The translations under genes were made by a program, and so were the position numbers. DNA of 32,819 nt from Bulleidia sp. (GTDB lineage Bacteria; Patescibacteriota; Saccharimonadia; Saccharimonadales; Saccharimonadaceae): positions 2,768 to 35,586 of the forward strand of contig CAVDHS010000040.1 of NCBI GenBank assembly GCA_963609155.1. The letters run 5' to 3'. A model generated the notes under the pieces. The model saw only the letters and a list, made by a program, of their open reading frames with translations, was not told the DNA's origin and did no database searches. Below, in pieces: positions 1 through 8,911 of this stretch. How positions within the stretch are numbered: the stretch's first letter is position 1; the number at the start of each line of letters is the position of its first letter.

Positions 1-228
1 GATGTATTTGTCAACAAACATCTCGACGGTTCCGCCGATAGAGGTCATGCCTTTAAGGTTTGTGACAATGCCGTTGGTGTTTTTAGCGATGTCTTGACTT
101 TCGATCACAACTTCACGCGCTTCTTTAGTGAGATTGATTAATTTGACAATTAAAACAATTCCCAAAATTAGAAACACTAGCAAAGTGATGCTTAAAATTG
201 CTACGATAATCCATTCTGCTACATTCAT
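1..228 (-). CDS. Small membrane-anchored hypothetical protein (partial, runs off window start)
   Basis: Not in the ORF track. ATG at 228 preceded by AAGGAG (235-240). Open frame to the window edge: MNVAEWIIVAILSITLLVFLILGIVLIVKLINLTKEAREVVIESQDIAKNTNG..., an N-terminal TM helix followed by a heptad-like segment. Confidence 0.75.
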   Translation of the reverse strand, partial: MNVAEWIIVAILSITLLVFLILGIVLIVKLINLTKEAREVVIESQDIAKNTNGIVTNLKGMTSIGGTVEMFVDKYI

Positions 229-244
229 ATTTATCTCCTTTGTT

Positions 245-1114
245 CTATTGTATCATTTTTCGGATTTCATCGCCATAGTCAGTTTCAGAAAGAACGTATT
301 CAAGATGCGCCATGAAATAGTTTTTCGGGTCGCCGGTGGTGATCCATTTGCCTTGACTTTTTGCGACTATAACGTCACCATTTTCAGTAAGTTTAGTAAT
401 CGCATCGACCGTCCATAATTCACCATCAAGACCGGTATTTGACGGAACGAGATAATCGAAAACTTCTGGGGTTAACAGATAGCGACCGTAGCTGGTTAAA
501 TTACTTGGTGAAAGATCTGGTGTTTTTGGTTTTTCGACAATATGGCTCAAAGTTCCGTTTTCTTTCAAAGCGATCATGCCGTATTTATTCCAAACTTCTT
601 CCGGCATTTCTTGCGCAGTAATAACCGCTTTTGCATCAGGATTTTTTTCGTATTCATCGATCAAAGTTTTTACATCGCTCGGTCCGAGAATTAAGTCGTC
701 GCTATAAAGCACTACGAAAGCGTCCTCGTCTTTGACAAATTCTTTAGCAGAAACGATCGGCGAACCATTACCATAAGGCAAGTTCGGATCTTGTTCAATG
801 ACAGTGATTTTTGGAAAATTCAAAACTTCTTCGACTGGTTCGAAACGCTTAGACTTTCCCTGTTTATCCAACAATTCTTTAACGTTAGTTGCTGGATTAT
901 GGAAATAATCTTCGTAGATTTCTTTGGATTTAGTGTTCGGAGTAGCAACGATAATAATTTCTTCAATGCCGGCCGCGGCACATTCCTCGACACAAAATTG
1001 CATGACAGGTTTCGCGCCAATCGGAATCATGGCTTTCGGAATGGTTTTAGTGATTGGTAAATACCGGCTAGCGAAACCGGCGTCGGTGATGATAGCTTTT
1101 TTGATAGTTGTCAT
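245..1114 (-). CDS. galU: UTP--glucose-1-phosphate uridylyltransferase-like sugar-phosphate nucleotidyltransferase
   Basis: KKAIITDAGFASRYLPITKTIPKAM N-terminal motif, YGNG, SDD, IVEKP, YGRYLL, GELWTVDAI. AAGGAG RBS upstream. Confidence 0.8.
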   Translation of the reverse strand: MTTIKKAIITDAGFASRYLPITKTIPKAMIPIGAKPVMQFCVEECAAAGIEEIIIVATPNTKSKEIYEDYFHNPATNVKELLDKQGKSKRFEPVEEVLNFPKITVIEQDPNLPYGNGSPIVSAKEFVKDEDAFVVLYSDDLILGPSDVKTLIDEYEKNPDAKAVITAQEMPEEVWNKYGMIALKENGTLSHIVEKPKTPDLSPSNLTSYGRYLLTPEVFDYLVPSNTGLDGELWTVDAITKLTENGDVIVAKSQGKWITTGDPKNYFMAHLEYVLSETDYGDEIRKMIQ

Positions 1115-1149
1115 AATAAGGTCTCCTTGAAACTTTATTATAACATAGA

Positions 1150-2781
1150 TTAGTCAATTTGGAGAGCTTGAATTTTGCGAAGCAGGTCGTCGTAGTTTTC
1201 GTCATCTTCATCGAGTTCGGCGAGTTTGGCGGAGAGAGTGCGAATCTGATGTTGTTTTGATTCTTTTTTATAACGCGCGAGCAATTCTCTCGCTTCTTGT
1301 TCGAGATCAGTATCGGAAATTTCGTGTTCGCGATTAAAAATCAATTCGAGTTCGGCCAAACGCGTTTCATCATCAGGAACAGCGAGCGGAATTTTAGTTT
1401 CAGTAATGCCTCCGAAAATTTTAAGCGCTAGTAAACTATTTTCGAGTGCAAGAAGTTTATCGTTTTTGGAAGCTTCAGTTTTCGGTTTTTTCAAGAAACG
1501 CTTCGGTTTTTCAGCAAGTTTTTGATTTAATCGCTCGCCTTTTTCACGCAAAACTTCCGTTTCAACGCCTAGTTTTTTCGCAACTTTCTTTTCATAGCTG
1601 GCACGCTCGACCTCGTCTTTGATATAACTCAGCAATTTCAGAGCGATGTCAGAATATTTACGTTTATCGGGCGCGGAATTTAGGTTTAAGTTTTCTTCGT
1701 ATTTTTTAAGCAGCCAGTCGACGGCGGGAACTTTGTGTTCGACAGCTTGTTGCCAAAGTTCGGGATCTTTTTGAATTAATTCATCGGGGTCTTTAGCGCC
1801 GTGATAATCAGAAATTACCGTAAGATCGATACCGAGATCGCCAGCCATCATAATCGCTCGCTCGGTCGCACGAATACCCGCAGCATCGCCATCATAAGCG
1901 AGACGGATGTCGGAAGTTAATCGGCTTAGAGCTTTTAGATGATGCTCGGTCATAGCAGTGCCACTGGTTGCGACGGCTTCTTTGACGCCGGCTTGATGGG
2001 ACGAAATAACATCCATATTGCCTTCGACAATCACAACATAGCCGCTGTGGCGGATAGATTCTTTGGCTTGAAAAAGTCCGAAAATGAATTTTGATTTGTT
2101 GAATAATAGCGTTTCGGGTGTGTTTAAATATTTCGGTTCGGATTTATCGAGAACGCGAGCGGTGAAACCGATGACGTTGCCGGTGGTGTCGATAAACGGA
2201 ACTGTCATGCGATTGCGAAAAAGATCGCCTTTGAAACGATTGAGAAGTCCAGCAGTGTCGAGTTCTGCTTCAGAAAAACCGCGTTTTTTGAGAGCTGTGA
2301 CCATATCTTTGCCGTTTGGAGGAGCGAAACCGATTTTGAATTCTTCAACGGTTTTACGATTTAGGTTGCGATTATAAAAAACATATTCGCAAACTTTTTT
2401 ACTGTGCGAGAGACAAGCTTGATAAAAACGTGTTGCGAGAGCGAGAGCTTCGCGAGTGCGCACTTTCTTTTCGGCAACTTTTTGGTCGCCACCGTGATAT
2501 TTCGTAAGTTCAACACCAGCTTGAGCAGCAAGTTTTTCCAACGCTGTTTTAAAGTCAACACCTTCCACTTCCATGATGAAAGTGAAAATGTCGCCGCCTT
2601 TGTTCGCAGAAAAATCGTGCCAAATGCCTTTTTCGGGAGAAACCATGAAACTCGGAGTTTTATCAACGCCCCAAGGCGAACGGCCTTTCAGATTTCGGCC
2701 GGCGCGCTTCAATTCCACATATTGCCCGACAACATCCTCCACCGCAAGTCGGGATTTTATTTCCTCTTTTGCGTCTTGCAT
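1150..2781 (-). CDS. dnaG: DNA primase
   Basis: KTPSF N-terminal domain, FRNRMTVPF, GFTAR, PKYLNTPET, TOPRIM motifs VEGNMDV and YDGDAAG, KDPDELI. Confidence 0.97.
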   Translation of the reverse strand: MQDAKEEIKSRLAVEDVVGQYVELKRAGRNLKGRSPWGVDKTPSFMVSPEKGIWHDFSANKGGDIFTFIMEVEGVDFKTALEKLAAQAGVELTKYHGGDQKVAEKKVRTREALALATRFYQACLSHSKKVCEYVFYNRNLNRKTVEEFKIGFAPPNGKDMVTALKKRGFSEAELDTAGLLNRFKGDLFRNRMTVPFIDTTGNVIGFTARVLDKSEPKYLNTPETLLFNKSKFIFGLFQAKESIRHSGYVVIVEGNMDVISSHQAGVKEAVATSGTAMTEHHLKALSRLTSDIRLAYDGDAAGIRATERAIMMAGDLGIDLTVISDYHGAKDPDELIQKDPELWQQAVEHKVPAVDWLLKKYEENLNLNSAPDKRKYSDIALKLLSYIKDEVERASYEKKVAKKLGVETEVLREKGERLNQKLAEKPKRFLKKPKTEASKNDKLLALENSLLALKIFGGITETKIPLAVPDDETRLAELELIFNREHEISDTDLEQEARELLARYKKESKQHQIRTLSAKLAELDEDDENYDDLLRKIQALQID

Positions 2782-2799
2782 ATGATATAATTATAGCAT
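2782..2799. promoter_or_regulatory. Overlapping divergent extended -10 promoters (near-palindromic 18-bp intergenic region)
   Basis: ATGATATAATTATAGCAT: TGATATAAT on + (2783-2791) and TGCTATAAT on - (2790-2798), each 8 nt before an ATG, with no RBS. Confidence 0.7.
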
Positions 2800-3456
2800 A
2801 TGGACGGGCAACAGTATCTGGACCAGATTTCGCAAACAAACCGACCGGTGAAGCAATCTGGTGGGGGGTTGAATAAAATTTTAACTTCGAAAATATTTAT
2901 TGTCGGGGCGATTGGATTGGTGTTGTTGATTTTGATTATTATTCTCGGATCGGTAATTGGGGGCGGGAAAAAAAGTGTGAAAGAATTGGGCTATGAGCTG
3001 ATTTTACATCTGGATAATACTTCGGCAGTAATAAAAGAATATCAGTCGAATGTAAAATCCTCGAGACTAAGAGCGAGTAGTGCGTCGCTTGATGGGGTGT
3101 TGTCGAACACACGAAGTCAAATCAATACCGTTTTAGTGGATGAATTAGCATTTAATGAGAAAAAAGATATAAGCAAAAGTGCCGAAGAAGAAGCGGCGGC
3201 GGTTGGTGAAGAATTGAAAAATGAATTGTTTGAGGCGAAAATTAATGGGGTTTTAGACCGGATTTATGCGCATAAGATGGCTTATGAAATTTCGTTGTTT
3301 TTAGCGGAAGAGGAACAAATACTTGAAAATACCAGCAACGAAAATTTGACAAATGCGATCAACACTTCACGCGAAAGTTTAACAAATCTATACGATAAAT
3401 TTAATGATTTTTCGGAAACGGATAATTCGCTCGGTACGCAAACTACTGCGCAATAA
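2800..3456 (+). CDS. Hypothetical protein with one TM helix and a helical C-terminal domain
   Basis: 218-aa ORF with hydrophobic segment IFIVGAIGLVLLILIIILGSVIG; leaderless-type promoter upstream. Confidence 0.8.
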   Translation: MDGQQYLDQISQTNRPVKQSGGGLNKILTSKIFIVGAIGLVLLILIIILGSVIGGGKKSVKELGYELILHLDNTSAVIKEYQSNVKSSRLRASSASLDGVLSNTRSQINTVLVDELAFNEKKDISKSAEEEAAAVGEELKNELFEAKINGVLDRIYAHKMAYEISLFLAEEEQILENTSNENLTNAINTSRESLTNLYDKFNDFSETDNSLGTQTTAQ

Positions 3457-3468
3457 AGTTATGCTGGT

Positions 3469-3771
3469 TTAAACGGTGAGATTGTAGCTTAATCTAATAA
3501 GGTCGATAAGTTCGGCCTGGGAGAGTTGTTCGGCAGGCACGATTTCGACGCCGCCACGGCCAAAATAACGCGACTGCATGACTGATTCGTATTTTTCCTG
3601 TAAAAGTTGGCCGAGTTTTTGGTCGCAACGTATTTCGAAAGTGTTTTGATTGACGACAAGAAAAGTAATGCCGTTTTTTAGAAACCTGGTGCGAGACTTG
3701 CCATCCCCGTCTTTTTCGGCAACTGTTTCGTATTCGCCGTCTAAGTTTATTTGAGAAAAGTCAGGTACCAT
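3469..3771 (-). CDS. MmcQ/YjbR-like (double-wing) small protein
   Basis: IRCD...LQEKYESVMQSRYF...LIDLIRLSYNLT resembles the YjbR family C-terminal pattern. Overlaps the orn 3' end. Confidence 0.65.
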   Translation of the reverse strand: MVPDFSQINLDGEYETVAEKDGDGKSRTRFLKNGITFLVVNQNTFEIRCDQKLGQLLQEKYESVMQSRYFGRGGVEIVPAEQLSQAELIDLIRLSYNLTV

Positions 3772-4271
3772 TTTAATTCCTCAATTGAGCCGTTAATGTC
3801 GTCTAAAGCACGATGATTCTCGGGCTTGGTAAATTTTTTGTTCAGGGCGTTTTCGAAATAAATTTTCCAGGCCGAAACGTCGAGCATGCGATAGTGAAGT
3901 TTTTGGTTAAGCGCAGGCATTTCGCGTTCGATGAATTTGCGGTCTTGGTGAATGGAATTGCCGGCGAGATAGACGGTTTTGCCGAAATTGGCGTCGATAA
4001 AATTGAGTAATTCCCTTTCGACCTCGGCGACTGGTTTGCCGGAAGCGTTCTGAGCAATGAGCGCATCGCGAGATTTGGCATTTTTCTCCCAAAATTCACC
4101 GATCATGCGTGTCTGAATCAGTTTGTCGTCAACTTTGACTACGGCTTCGTAAGTGGCGACTGGTTTTAAATTCATGTCGGTCGCGATGGCGGCAACTTCG
4201 AGAATTTTGTCTTTTTCGGGGTCTAGCCCGGTCATTTCTAAGTCAATCCATAAAAGTTTGGCTTTTTTCAT
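3747..4271 (-). CDS. orn: Oligoribonuclease (DEDDh exonuclease)
   Basis: LLWIDLEMTGLDP, LAGNSIHQDRKFI, LHYRMLDVS, HRALDDI motifs. Confidence 0.96.
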   Translation of the reverse strand: MKKAKLLWIDLEMTGLDPEKDKILEVAAIATDMNLKPVATYEAVVKVDDKLIQTRMIGEFWEKNAKSRDALIAQNASGKPVAEVERELLNFIDANFGKTVYLAGNSIHQDRKFIEREMPALNQKLHYRMLDVSAWKIYFENALNKKFTKPENHRALDDINGSIEELKWYLTFLK

Positions 4272-5989
4272 TACATTTCCTCCGGAATTTTAATGCCCAG
4301 TAGTTCGAGACCGTGAGTCATAGTGTCGAGATAAACCTGGACGAGTTTTTGGCGTTCGGATTCTTGAGCGGAGCCGGCGACGGGGCAATTTTCATAAAAA
4401 CGCGAAAATTCTTGCGCGAGTTCGTAAAGGAAATTCGCGAGTTTGTGCGGCGCCATGTCGCGAACGGACTCTTTTAAGATTGCTTTATAGGCGAGTAGTT
4501 TTTGGGCGAGATTTTTTTCGAATTGATTGTAAGTGTAGTTTTTGATAGGCGCGGAATTTGAAGTTTTTTCGAGGATTTTTTTAGCACGGACGGCGGAATA
4601 TAACAGGTATGGGCCAGAGTTGCCGGTCATTTTGACGGACTCTTTGGGATCGAAGATAATGTTGCCGCCCATTTTGTATTTCAAAAATGCGTATTTGGTT
4701 GCGGCGAGGGAGACTTTTTCGTCGGTGGAATTATAAGCGGTTTTTAATTCGGTGCGAACGAGGTCGAGCACATCGACAGCTTTTAGGAAATTGCCTTTGC
4801 GCGAGGACATTTTGACGTTGCCGGGAAGTTTAACGAGACCGTGAGTTAGATGCGCGGTTTTTGCGACGAGGTCGGGAGCGTATTGCTCGATCGATTTTAG
4901 CACTACTTTCATGTATTCAAGCTGTTCGTTCCCTGTGATGATGACGGATTTATCGAAATGGTAATCTTGCCACTTAGTAAAAATCAGACCGACATCTTTG
5001 GCTTCGTAGGTCGGGACGCCTTCGTTGTTGATGAAAACGCGAGTGTGGAGGCCGTATTTTTCGCCGTCGAAAATAACTGCACCGTTGGATTCTTCGTAAA
5101 TGCCGGCTTTTAATTGTTCTTTGACGGTTTTAAGCCCCAGCGCGGCAACGGTGGATTCGGGGTAGTATTTGTCGAACTTGAGGCCGATGCTAGCGTAAAA
5201 ATTATTAAAGTATTCGTACGACAGTTCGCGCCCGCGCCAATAGAGGTCGGCGAGCGGAGTGCCGTGTTCGTCGTCGGCGTTGATTTGGTAAATTTGTTTA
5301 TTTAATTTGGTAATTTCGGTTTTGGCTTCGGGGTCGTCTTCGTAGCTGGCAGTGCCCTTAATATAACACTTAGCGATGTCTTCGATAGTTAAATTATCTA
5401 GGTCGTTTTCGGCGGATTTTTGCAAGAGGGCGTACATGGTTTTCGCGACATGTAGACCAACGTCGCCGCCGAAATTGGCGCGGATGACTTTGGCGCCGGC
5501 ATACTCAAAGAGCCGGCTAATTGCATCGCCGACGATGGAAGTGTATAAATGCCCGACGTGGAGGACCTTGAAAGGGTTTGGATCGGAGAATTCACAAATA
5601 ATGGTTTGGTTTTGATATTCGTCCCATGATATATTTTGACCGAAGTTTTCGGCAAAATCGGTGATTTTTGTGGAAAAATATGCGTCTGGTAGACTGAAAT
5701 TGAGAAAGCCGGGAGGGGTGATAGTGATGTCGGTGGCGAGTTCGGGAGAACTTGTGCCGCCGGTTATATTTTGAGCTTCAGATGATTGGTTGAAATGGTT
5801 ATCTAGAAGATTTTTTAGTTCCTCTGCGATTTGGAGGGGGCTTCGACGCAGCGCTTTAGCGAGTTTTAAAGGGGTGTTCGTGGAATAATCGGCGGGGATA
5901 TTTTCGGGCGCGGGGGTGATTTCAGGCTCAAAATCTAGACCAAAATGGTCTTTGATGATATTTTTCAGAGAAATTTGGAGTTCTTCCAT
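4271..5989 (-). CDS. argS: Arginine--tRNA ligase
   Basis: EFSDPNPFKVLHVGH (HIGH), KMSSRKG (KMSKS), GNSGPYLLYS, FSRFYE, LGIKIPEEM. Start reassigned to ATG 5989 (MEELQISLK), 8 nt after TGGTATAAT; the longer 6145 start overlaps a tRNA. Confidence 0.96.
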   Translation of the reverse strand: MEELQISLKNIIKDHFGLDFEPEITPAPENIPADYSTNTPLKLAKALRRSPLQIAEELKNLLDNHFNQSSEAQNITGGTSSPELATDITITPPGFLNFSLPDAYFSTKITDFAENFGQNISWDEYQNQTIICEFSDPNPFKVLHVGHLYTSIVGDAISRLFEYAGAKVIRANFGGDVGLHVAKTMYALLQKSAENDLDNLTIEDIAKCYIKGTASYEDDPEAKTEITKLNKQIYQINADDEHGTPLADLYWRGRELSYEYFNNFYASIGLKFDKYYPESTVAALGLKTVKEQLKAGIYEESNGAVIFDGEKYGLHTRVFINNEGVPTYEAKDVGLIFTKWQDYHFDKSVIITGNEQLEYMKVVLKSIEQYAPDLVAKTAHLTHGLVKLPGNVKMSSRKGNFLKAVDVLDLVRTELKTAYNSTDEKVSLAATKYAFLKYKMGGNIIFDPKESVKMTGNSGPYLLYSAVRAKKILEKTSNSAPIKNYTYNQFEKNLAQKLLAYKAILKESVRDMAPHKLANFLYELAQEFSRFYENCPVAGSAQESERQKLVQVYLDTMTHGLELLGIKIPEEM

Positions 5990-6080
5990 GAAATATATTA
6001 TACCATACAGGGGCGAAATTGGGAAATTTGGAACTTTGTTCTTGAAAACTGGGGGCGGTTGTGGCATAATAGAGGCAGTA

Positions 6081-6155
6081 GCGGGTATCGTATAACGGCT
6101 ATTATGTATCCTTCCCAAGGATGAGATTGGAGTCCGACTCTCCATACCCGCACCA
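6081..6155 (+). tRNA. tRNA-Gly (CCC), CCA encoded
   Basis: GCGGGTA/TACCCGC acceptor stem, anticodon arm TATCC-TT-CCC-AA-GGATG, T arm TGGAG-TCCGACT-CTCCA, ACCA end. Confidence 0.93.
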
Positions 6156-6180
6156 AAATAAGGGCTTGCCCTTGTTTTTT
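6156..6180. terminator. Probable bidirectional intrinsic terminator between tRNA-Gly and the SurA-like gene
   Basis: AAATAAGGG-CTTG-CCCTTGTTTTTT hairpin with T tract on + and A tract on the other side. Confidence 0.6.
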
Positions 6181-6214
6181 GTTTCGTAAAAACCTGGGTT
6201 TTGCGCGGAAGAAA

Positions 6215-7240
6215 TTATTCAGCAGTGTCGTTCCCTTCCGTAGCATCTAAAGTGATGTATTCGGAAATTTTGTTTTCGGCGGAAAGTTTATCGAAGCGAC
6301 TTGAAAATTCGGAAAACGGAATACGGATAGAAACGAAGTTGACTTGGGTGTCGTTTTTGCTGACGAGTTTGACAAAATAATAACCATCACCGCTCATGGA
6401 AATGAACTTGCCGCTGCTTTCGCCGGGTTCAAGTTTTGCGGCTTCAGAAGCGCGACCGCCATCGATATTTTTGCTGTCTACCAAACCACCAGTTTCCTGA
6501 TAAATAATTTGTTCACCAAGTTCCTCGGCAACAGCCGGATAATCGTTCCCGTTTTCGGCGAGCAGTTTTTCGACTTTATCGGCGGTTTTATTGGCTTCGT
6601 TGTCAATCGCAACTTCAACTTTGGATTTCATCAAAGATAAGTAAAGCATGCGCTCATATTCGCTTTTGCTTAAGCCGAAGTTGTCGTTGATGATTTTAAT
6701 GAAACTTTCTTCGCTGCGTTCGATGCCACCGAGGTTAAGATGACGGTTGAATTCAGCGTTTATTTCTTCGCTAGAAACGGAGAGATTAAGCTCTTCCGCA
6801 AGTTTTAAGGCGAAGGTGTATTTTTCGGCTTCAGAGAGCGCGGAACGTTTATATTCGGAACGAAGGCGCTCGAGAGATTCGGCATCGAATTGGCTGCCGG
6901 ATTGACGTTCAATCGAAGTCATACTGCTGCGATAAAGCATCAAATAATCCGAAAAACGCACGTCTTTCGAGTCGACAGTGGCGACGGGAACTGGGAAAAT
7001 TTTCGTAACGCGAAAAAGCAACTCGTCGGTCATGTTAAACCGATAAAGCGCCAGCCAACCGCTCACAATCACCATGGCCAAAATAACCACAGTAATGAGA
7101 ACGGTGTTAACAATAATTCGGTGATGAGTCCATTGTAGAGGATATTTAAATTTCCGACCCCGACTCAGAACCTCTTCGCGACGTTCGTCGACTTTTTCTT
7201 TTTCGGTTTTCTTGACGTCTTTTTTCTTAAACACACCCAT
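6215..7240 (-). CDS. SurA/PrsA-like membrane-anchored foldase (SurA N-terminal domain, degenerate parvulin-like region)
   Basis: N-terminal TM helix, PVATVD, LAEELNLSVSSEEINAEF, and LEPGESSGKFIS..GYYFVKL resembling the PPIase C-terminal part. Confidence 0.7.
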   Translation of the reverse strand: MGVFKKKDVKKTEKEKVDERREEVLSRGRKFKYPLQWTHHRIIVNTVLITVVILAMVIVSGWLALYRFNMTDELLFRVTKIFPVPVATVDSKDVRFSDYLMLYRSSMTSIERQSGSQFDAESLERLRSEYKRSALSEAEKYTFALKLAEELNLSVSSEEINAEFNRHLNLGGIERSEESFIKIINDNFGLSKSEYERMLYLSLMKSKVEVAIDNEANKTADKVEKLLAENGNDYPAVAEELGEQIIYQETGGLVDSKNIDGGRASEAAKLEPGESSGKFISMSGDGYYFVKLVSKNDTQVNFVSIRIPFSEFSSRFDKLSAENKISEYITLDATEGNDTAE

Positions 7241-7258
7241 GATATAATTATTATATCA
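7240..7258. promoter_or_regulatory. Divergent extended -10 promoters for tRNA-Arg (+) and the SurA-like gene (-)
   Basis: TGATATAAT-T-ATTATATCA perfect inverted repeat giving TGATATAAT on both strands. Confidence 0.65.
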
Positions 7259-7263
7259 AATTT

Positions 7264-7339
7264 GGCCCGGTAGCTCAATGGATAGAGCAATTCCGTCCTA
7301 AGGAAGAGGTTGTGCGTTCGACTCGCACCCGGGTCACCA
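7264..7339 (+). tRNA. tRNA-Arg (CCT), CCA encoded
   Basis: GGCCCGG/CCGGGTC acceptor, GCTC/GAGC D stem, TTCC-GT-CCT-AA-GGAA anticodon arm, GTGCG-TTCGACT-CGCAC T arm, ACCA end. Confidence 0.95.
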
Positions 7340-7350
7340 CTAAAGTTTTG

Positions 7351-7371
7351 CGCCTCCAGTGGGCGTTTTTT
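7351..7371 (+). terminator. Intrinsic terminator after tRNA-Arg
   Basis: CGCCT-CCAGT-GGGCG followed by TTTTTT. Confidence 0.6.
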
Positions 7372-7466
7372 AAGCTTATACTATAAACGACAACATAGTC
7401 ATGTTGATCTGCATATTTTCGCCTAATCTATTTTTGCACCTCGCTTTTTCCATAAAATCTCACATA

Positions 7467-7497
7467 CAAAAAGCGTCCAGAAATTGTTCTGAACGCT
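7467..7497 (-). terminator. Intrinsic terminator of the hsd-RT operon
   Basis: Minus strand AGCGTTCAGAA-CAAT-TTCTGGACGCT then TTTTG, about 60 nt downstream of the RT stop. Confidence 0.7.
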
Positions 7498-7554
7498 GTT
7501 TGATCTTGGGATTATTATACTACAGATAATTAGTTTTAACAAGCATCCGTAGAA

Positions 7555-8904
7555 TTAATTATTCACATTCAATATTGTATCGATTTTTAGCCAGTTAAAC
7601 TCCTCTTCGCTTATTAATATTTTATTTTTTAATACATTAAATCTTCGGATTGATTGAACTTCGTGTCTAGTCATTTCGCCATACTCTTTAATAAATCTTT
7701 GCCACTGCGATTGAGATAGTGCCACTTTTAGCTCTTCCGTCATCCTTTCGTCGTAATCTAAATATAGATATTCACTCATCATGATATCAAATATAGCATC
7801 TTTTATCCCCGTCTCGACCCTTTCTAGCCCAAGATGAATGATGGTTTTAAATATATGACTTCCGTTTTTCAACATCTTGCCTCGATCCATGGAAACAAAA
7901 TCATTTATCAGCGTTTCGATTTTTTCTATTGGCTGTTCTTTCATTCGAGTTCCAGGAGTAAGTTTGTCTAATATATCCATACCTTTATACTTAAAATAAT
8001 TGGTGATATCCCCAAATACAAGGACTTTACTGACATTAATATCTAAACCAAGAAGCATAAGTCTATTCGACGCGTAGGAAACAATTTTTTCTTCGGTTCC
8101 TTTTGGCATGAGCAATACTTGGTCATCAGCGAATCTAAAATATTTTCCACCTATAGATTCAATATATTCTTTCATTGTGATGTCGTAAGGTTGTAAATAA
8201 AAATTTGCTAAAATTCTAGAGCAATCGCCAAAATATTCTTGTGGAATCCCCACCGATTGTGGCGAAAAAGAGTTAATTTTTCTATCCCAATTTCGCAAGA
8301 AAAACATCAGGCAATTTACTATTTCTTTCTTATCAATCGGCACTATGCTCCTAATATTATCCTCTAATAAATCTAGTCTAATTCTATTATAATAATTTGC
8401 GATATCTAAAGTCACAACAGATAGATTATTCTCTTCAGCAAACGGCAATAGCTCTTTAATTCTAGAATTAAATTCTCCAAATTGCTCAATGTAGGCATTT
8501 CTATTAAATGTATTCGAACAAGGCGAAGGATTTTCGGCGGCTATAATTTCATCAAACTTTTCTTTTTCTCTTTTTCTCATAGCGCAAGACATTTGCCATC
8601 CCCCATAAGTGTCTTCGACTCTATTTTTAGTTAAATACTCATCTATTTCTGAAATACAAAACGAATAAACAATATTGTCTTCTCTAGATAAAATTGGGAC
8701 GAATCTAAGCACACCTTTGCCCTTATCGCACGACAATAGTAACGATGGTGTTTTTGGAAAGTATGTATTATCTAATAATGTATTGAAAACTTTATCACGA
8801 AAAGTTTTTTTGTTTTCCACTTTATCAAAGTATAATTTTTTATCAATTTTACTCAAAAATTTGTCTGTGATCGATTTATTAAAGGCGTCTTGCGAAATAT
8901 TCAT
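7555..8904 (-). CDS. Reverse transcriptase, probably of the UG/Abi (defence-associated) class
   Basis: RT motifs K..GVLRFVPI, LDIANYYNRI, GIPQ...SRILANFYL, YFRFADD (8122-8133), LGLDINVSK. C-terminal helical extension; no retron VTG motif and no group II intron maturase/HNH domain seen. Confidence 0.9.
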   Translation of the reverse strand: MNISQDAFNKSITDKFLSKIDKKLYFDKVENKKTFRDKVFNTLLDNTYFPKTPSLLLSCDKGKGVLRFVPILSREDNIVYSFCISEIDEYLTKNRVEDTYGGWQMSCAMRKREKEKFDEIIAAENPSPCSNTFNRNAYIEQFGEFNSRIKELLPFAEENNLSVVTLDIANYYNRIRLDLLEDNIRSIVPIDKKEIVNCLMFFLRNWDRKINSFSPQSVGIPQEYFGDCSRILANFYLQPYDITMKEYIESIGGKYFRFADDQVLLMPKGTEEKIVSYASNRLMLLGLDINVSKVLVFGDITNYFKYKGMDILDKLTPGTRMKEQPIEKIETLINDFVSMDRGKMLKNGSHIFKTIIHLGLERVETGIKDAIFDIMMSEYLYLDYDERMTEELKVALSQSQWQRFIKEYGEMTRHEVQSIRRFNVLKNKILISEEEFNWLKIDTILNVNN

Positions 8905-8911
8905 TATTATT

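Noticed and set aside
5990..6145. 52-aa N-terminal extension of ArgS in the ORF track
   Set aside because: It overlaps tRNA-Gly on the opposite strand; a promoter and ATG at 5989 give a normal-length ArgS.
7380..7466. Possible RT-associated ncRNA downstream of the RT
   Set aside because: Only a short CAACAT-AGTC-ATGTTG hairpin, lying beyond the operon terminator; insufficient support.
7555..8904. RT as a retron, group II intron, DGR or CRISPR-associated RT
   Set aside because: No VTG motif or adjacent msr/msd, no intron boundaries or maturase domain, no TR/VR repeat pair or avd, and no cas genes or array seen.
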